Origin: an uncultured cyanobacterium
GTDB lineage: Bacteria; Cyanobacteriota; Cyanobacteriia; PCC-6307; Cyanobiaceae
Assembly (NCBI GenBank): GCA_963697335.1
Contig: CAVONQ010000018.1
Span: 478,745 to 542,744, forward strand
Direction of reading: 5' to 3'
DNA: 64,000 bases
This document shows, piece by piece, positions 59,637-64,000 of this stretch; the first letter of the stretch is position 1; each line of letters starts with the position of its first letter. Under the pieces are notes generated by a model. That model saw nothing but the letters and a program-made list of their open reading frames with translations, made no database searches and was not told the origin of the DNA. The position numbers and the translations under genes were made by a program.

Positions 59637-60880
59637 GCCGGGGCCTGGGCCGGGGTGAGTTGCTTCAGCAGCAGGTCTGAGGCCTGATCGAGCCAGGCGT
59701 CGTCGTCGCCGCCCGGGTTGAGGGGCTCAGGCGGAGCCAGGAGGTGGTCGGGTTCGATGCCCTGGTTCTGGATGTCGCGGCCGCTGGGGGTGAGGTAGCG
59801 CGCCACGGTCACCGCCAGGCCGCTGCTGTCCCCGAGGGAGAGCAGGCTCTGGATCAGGCCCTTGCCGAAGGTGCGGCTGCCGGCCAGTTCGCTGCGGCCG
59901 TTGTCCTGCAGGGCTCCGGCCAGGATCTCGCTGGCGCTGGCGGTGCCGCCGTTCACCAGGGTGATCATCGGGCCGTCGAACAGCTCGCCAGGGCCTGACT
60001 GCACGGGCGAGCTCAGCCCGTTGCGGTCTTCGGTTTCCACGATCGGGCGGCTGTCGAGCAGTTGGTTGGCCACGGCCAGACCGGCGCTCACCAGCCCGCC
60101 AGAGTTGTTGCGCAGGTCGAGGATCAGCCCTTCGATGCCTTGGTCCACCAGGTCGGTGAGGGCCTGGTGGACCTGCTCGGGCACCGGTTCGGCGAACTGG
60201 GTGATGCGCAGATAGCCCACCGTGTGCCCCTCCAGCCGCAGTCGCCGGCTGCGCACCGGGCGCAGGTTCACCTGCCGCCGCTCCAGCGCCACTTCCTGGG
60301 GCTGCCCCTGCCGCGCCACCTGCAGCAGCACCTGGCTGCCGGCGGTGCCCCTCAGGGCCGCGGCGGTGCCCTCCAGCCCGAGGCTCGCCGTGGACTGGCC
60401 ATCCACCGCCAGCAGTTCCATGCCACTGGCCAGGGCCGCCTCAGCGGCGGGGGAATCGTCGAGGGGGGCGATCACCACCACCCGCTGGTCGCCGTCCCGC
60501 AGGCCGATCTGGAGGCCCACGCCGGTGACGCTGCCCTGGGTGCTGGAGCGCAGATTGGCGTAGTCCTCCGGGCGCAGCAGGCGGGTGTAGGGGTCGCCCA
60601 GGGGCGCCAGCATGGCCTCGATGGCTCCATAGGCATCGTCGGAGCTGACGATCGAGCGCTCCAGGGCTTTCTGGCGCAGTCGGCGCCAGCGCACCGCCTC
60701 AAAGCGCTGGGGCTCCACGTAGCTCTGGTTCACGAGCCGCCAGGCCTCCACCACCAGCTGCTGGGCGTCGCTGAGGGCGATGGCCGGGGCGGGGGCCCAG
60801 AGCAGGCAGGTGCTGAGCAGCCAGGCCAGCAGGGTGCCCCAGGCCAGGGGGCTGGCGGCAGCGGAGGGCGGCCGTGGCAT
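59633..60880 (-). CDS. ctpA: Carboxyl-terminal processing protease (S41), CtpA-like
   Basis: DPYTR, PDZ GVGL, LDLRNNSGG, TASASEI and TFGKGLIQ motifs; start uncertain. Confidence 0.9.
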   Translation of the reverse strand: MPRPPSAAASPLAWGTLLAWLLSTCLLWAPAPAIALSDAQQLVVEAWRLVNQSYVEPQRFEAVRWRRLRQKALERSIVSSDDAYGAIEAMLAPLGDPYTRLLRPEDYANLRSSTQGSVTGVGLQIGLRDGDQRVVVIAPLDDSPAAEAALASGMELLAVDGQSTASLGLEGTAAALRGTAGSQVLLQVARQGQPQEVALERRQVNLRPVRSRRLRLEGHTVGYLRITQFAEPVPEQVHQALTDLVDQGIEGLILDLRNNSGGLVSAGLAVANQLLDSRPIVETEDRNGLSSPVQSGPGELFDGPMITLVNGGTASASEILAGALQDNGRSELAGSRTFGKGLIQSLLSLGDSSGLAVTVARYLTPSGRDIQNQGIEPDHLLAPPEPLNPGGDDDAWLDQASDLLLKQLTPAQAPA

Positions 60881-60996
60881 CGGCCCAGCAGCCTGTCCCC
60901 TCCGCCGGGGATCGACTGGCAGCACCGGCAGGCATTCAGCGCTCACGGACTCTCGATGGCGTTGCGTAGACTCTCGCAACCCAACCTCCCGGCTGC

Positions 60997-61668
60997 ATGG
61001 CGAACACTCCTGCTGGAAAGTCGTCCCCGGTCTACGACTGGTTCGAGGAGCGTCTTGAAATCCAGGCGATCGCCGACGACATCTCGGCCAAGTACGTCCC
61101 TCCGCACGTCAACATCTTCTACTGCTTGGGCGGCATCACCCTGGTGTGCTTCCTGATCCAGTTCGCGACAGGCTTCGCGATGACGTTTTATTACAAGCCC
61201 ACCGTGGCTGAGGCCTACGCCTCGGTGCAGTACCTGATGAGCGATGTCAGCTTCGGCTGGCTGATCCGCTCGGTGCACCGCTGGAGCGCCTCAATGATGG
61301 TGCTGATGCTGATCCTGCACGTCTTCCGCGTCTACCTCACCGGCGGCTTCAAGCGGCCTCGCGAGCTCACCTGGGTCACCGGCGTGACCATGGCGGTGAT
61401 CACCGTGTCCTTCGGCGTCACCGGCTACTCCCTGCCCTGGGATCAGGTCGGCTACTGGGCCGTCAAGATCGTCAGCGGTGTTCCCGCGGCTGTGCCAGTC
61501 GTCGGCGACTTCATGGTTGAGCTGCTGCGCGGTGGTGAGTCCGTGGGTCAGTCCACCCTCACCCGCTTTTACAGCCTGCACACTTTTGTGATGCCGTGGC
61601 TTCTGGCGGTGTTCATGCTCATGCACTTCCTGATGATCCGCAAGCAGGGCATCTCCGGCCCGTTGTGA
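60997..61668 (+). CDS. petB: Cytochrome b6
   Basis: [11 protein letters not shown]...[10 protein letters not shown]...[11 protein letters not shown]...[10 protein letters not shown]. Confidence 0.99.
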   Translation: MANTPAGKSSPVYDWFEERLEIQAIADDISAKYVPPHVNIFYCLGGITLVCFLIQFATGFAMTFYYKPTVAEAYASVQYLMSDVSFGWLIRSVHRWSASMMVLMLILHVFRVYLTGGFKRPRELTWVTGVTMAVITVSFGVTGYSLPWDQVGYWAVKIVSGVPAAVPVVGDFMVELLRGGESVGQSTLTRFYSLHTFVMPWLLAVFMLMHFLMIRKQGISGPL

Positions 61669-61752
61669 CCCTTCGAGACAGCCGCTCTCACCTGCCTGCC
61701 CGGCACCCCTAGCCTCCCCACACACCAGCGATCCCTGCGACCGGCACCAGCC

Positions 61753-62235
61753 ATGCACATCCTCAAGAAGCCAGACCTCACCGACCCAGCCCTGCGCGCC
61801 AAGCTCGCCAAGGGCATGGGGCACAACTATTACGGTGAGCCCGCTTGGCCCAACGATCTCCTCTACATGTTCCCGGTGGTGATCCTGGGAACCATCGGCT
61901 GCATCGTGGGGCTGTCGGTGCTTGACCCCGCCATGCTGGCGGACAAGGCCGATCCCTTTGCCACCCCTCTGGAAATCCTGCCTGAGTGGTACCTCTACCC
62001 GGTGTTCCAGATTCTTCGGGTGGTGCCCAACAAGCTGCTCGGCATTGCGCTGCAGACGATGATCCCCCTGGGTCTGATGTTGATCCCCTTCATCGAGAGC
62101 TTCAACAAGTTCCAGAACCCCTTCCGCCGCCCGGTGGCCATGGCCGTATTCCTGTTCGGAACGGCGTTTACTATCTACCTGGGCATCGGTGCCGCCCTGC
62201 CGATCGACAAGTCCCTGACGCTTGGTCTGTTCTGA
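61753..62235 (+). CDS. petD: Cytochrome b6f subunit IV
   Basis: [18 protein letters not shown]...[10 protein letters not shown]. Confidence 0.99.
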   Translation: MHILKKPDLTDPALRAKLAKGMGHNYYGEPAWPNDLLYMFPVVILGTIGCIVGLSVLDPAMLADKADPFATPLEILPEWYLYPVFQILRVVPNKLLGIALQTMIPLGLMLIPFIESFNKFQNPFRRPVAMAVFLFGTAFTIYLGIGAALPIDKSLTLGLF

Positions 62236-62291
62236 ATCTCAGCCGGGTCTTAACTCGCTCTCAACAGCGAGCTCACTCCTTTCAGATGCTC

Positions 62292-62317
62292 AGCCGCGAC
62301 CTTGATCGCGGCTTTTT
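62292..62317 (+). terminator. Intrinsic terminator after petBD
   Basis: AGCCGCGA-CCTTGA-TCGCGGCT followed by TTTT. Confidence 0.85.
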
Positions 62318-62348
62318 GCTGGGCTGCTTTTGCCTGGCTCTGCTCATC

Positions 62349-63812
62349 TCATCCCTGCCGATGCAGGCCTGGCTCCAGATCCAGCAGGGTTACATCCTGG
62401 GGTTTGACGCGCAGGATGTGGTGCAGGATCAGGAATCCCACGATCGTCCAGGTCTGGTAGGTGCGGGCCTGCTGGCCTACCCAGGTGCCGGTGGGACCAT
62501 CGAAGTACTCTGCCCACTGCTGGCGGGGCAGCTGGTTCAGCTGGCTCCAGTAGCACTCCTCCAGCATCTCCGACATCTGCCCCATCAGAAGCACATCGGC
62601 TTCGGGATGGCGCTGGCCATGCAGCAGAACAGCGCCGCCCAGGAACCACAGCAGGCATGGCCAGTGGCCGCCGTTGTGGTAACTCCAGGGCCAGTTTTTG
62701 GGGTCTGATCCGGTTTTGTTGCGCCAATCGTCGGCCTCCATGGGCGGATGGCAGATGCGCATGGGCATCTGGGCCATCAGATCGGCGCGGTTGTGCAGCA
62801 CCAGCCGGAACAGAGCCCTTTGTTGCGGTGCCGCGAGCAGCCCGAACATGCAGGCCAGGGAGTTGCCGAGGCTGTAGAAGCGGAAGTCGGGCCGACCGGT
62901 GCGGATGTTGCCGATCAGGTAGCCGCCACGGTTCTCGAGCCAATCCTGGAGCCAGGCGGGGATCACCTGGGGCTGCACGTTGAACTCATTTTCGTGCTGA
63001 TGGTCGCCGTACTGCTCCGTGGGCCGACGCCGCAGCACCTGCATCGTCTTGCTGGTCACCCAGTAGTGCTTCAACAGGAAGGAGCGCAGATCGTGTTGCC
63101 ACTGCCGCGTCAGCTCCAGACGCTGGTCCAACAGCCGGCTGGTGGAACTCGTCTTGGCCAGCTCCATCAGGTTGCAGCAGCTGCGCAGGCAGCCGAACAA
63201 CAGCACCTCCACCTCCAGCGGGGCGCCCCAGACGTCCATGGGGCGGTCAATCATGAAGGCACAGTCCGGCACGAACAGCACCGGGGTGCCCTCAAAGCTG
63301 GGATGGAGCACCAGGTCGAGCAGCAGCTGCACACCGCGCTGCACCCGCTGGCTCGTGCCGAACTCCACGTCCCGGCTGCGCTTCACGTAGAGCCAGCACA
63401 GCACCGGCCACCACAAGCTGGCATCCACGGAGGTGATGCGGCCGATCGAGCGCTGGCCATAGTCCGCCAGCACCTTCCCTTCCGTTTCCACGAAGCTCGT
63501 GGGGAAGACGCCCCGCGTCTGGTAGCGGGTGCTCTGCAGGTCGAGGCAGACGCTGAGGAAATTGCGCACGATCTCGTAGCGCCCCTGCAACAGCAGGTAC
63601 ACCATCACCGGCACGTTGTCGCGCAGGAACACCTCGCCGTAGTTGGCTTCGGTGGCCTTGCGCGGGTGTTCCAGGGCCGCCACGGATCCCACCAGCTCGC
63701 CGCCCACGCGCACAAGGGTGCGCTCGAAGTGATCGCGGGCCCGGCTCACCACCGCCTCCTCCCGGGAACTGGGCCGGACGCGGAGGCGTTCCTGACTGGA
63801 TTGGGGTGCCAT
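62349..63812 (-). CDS. Alkaline/neutral invertase (GH100)
   Basis: NYGEVFLRD, VDASLWW, MIDRPMDVWG, DFRFYSLGN, WSYHNGGHWP, WAEYFDG and QTWTIVG motifs. Confidence 0.93.
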   Translation of the reverse strand: MAPQSSQERLRVRPSSREEAVVSRARDHFERTLVRVGGELVGSVAALEHPRKATEANYGEVFLRDNVPVMVYLLLQGRYEIVRNFLSVCLDLQSTRYQTRGVFPTSFVETEGKVLADYGQRSIGRITSVDASLWWPVLCWLYVKRSRDVEFGTSQRVQRGVQLLLDLVLHPSFEGTPVLFVPDCAFMIDRPMDVWGAPLEVEVLLFGCLRSCCNLMELAKTSSTSRLLDQRLELTRQWQHDLRSFLLKHYWVTSKTMQVLRRRPTEQYGDHQHENEFNVQPQVIPAWLQDWLENRGGYLIGNIRTGRPDFRFYSLGNSLACMFGLLAAPQQRALFRLVLHNRADLMAQMPMRICHPPMEADDWRNKTGSDPKNWPWSYHNGGHWPCLLWFLGGAVLLHGQRHPEADVLLMGQMSEMLEECYWSQLNQLPRQQWAEYFDGPTGTWVGQQARTYQTWTIVGFLILHHILRVKPQDVTLLDLEPGLHRQG

Positions 63813-64000
63813 CCAACTGGGGGCGTGGCCCGGAGGCCGGCGTCCTGACCCTAAGCAGCGTGGCGGCGTTGGTCAGCCTTTCGACGTGCTTCAGCAGATC
63901 GTGGGCTAGGCCCTCGGCACTGGCTGCCCGGGGTGTGGTACCTTTATGAGCTGCACGCCTGAAGCGCAAGCTGAGGCGAGCAGGCTTACAGGTTTAGGAG

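Overview
High-GC core-genome window from a picocyanobacterium (Cyanobium/Synechococcus type). It holds about 70 CDS, mostly housekeeping and photosynthesis genes, and four tRNAs (Arg-CCG, Cys-GCA, Phe-GAA, Thr-TGT). A phycobilisome rod region between a low-molecular-weight tyrosine phosphatase gene and tRNA-Phe carries only phycocyanin genes: cpcT, two cpcC, cpcD, three nearly identical cpcBA pairs, cpcE and cpcF. I saw no phycoerythrin gene, transposase, integrase, prophage or CRISPR array, and I cannot demonstrate a wholly new system. Best leads from reading the DNA: (1) a near-perfect cyanobacterial LexA box over the dprA start; (2) one promoter layout (-10 plus an HLR1/RpaB-like repeat about 30 nt upstream) shared by all three cpcBA copies, cpcC and psbB, with weaker matches at psaD and the second cpcC; (3) homogenised cpcBA triplicates with different leaders; (4) probable non-canonical start codons for recF and for a secreted Cys-rich protein coupled to a small 4-Cys protein; (5) a JAB + Zn-less E1-rhodanese + LarE neighbourhood; (6) a membrane-anchored 14-residue-repeat protein beside a GHL10 hydrolase. 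Products were recognised from motifs by eye, and no database search was run.
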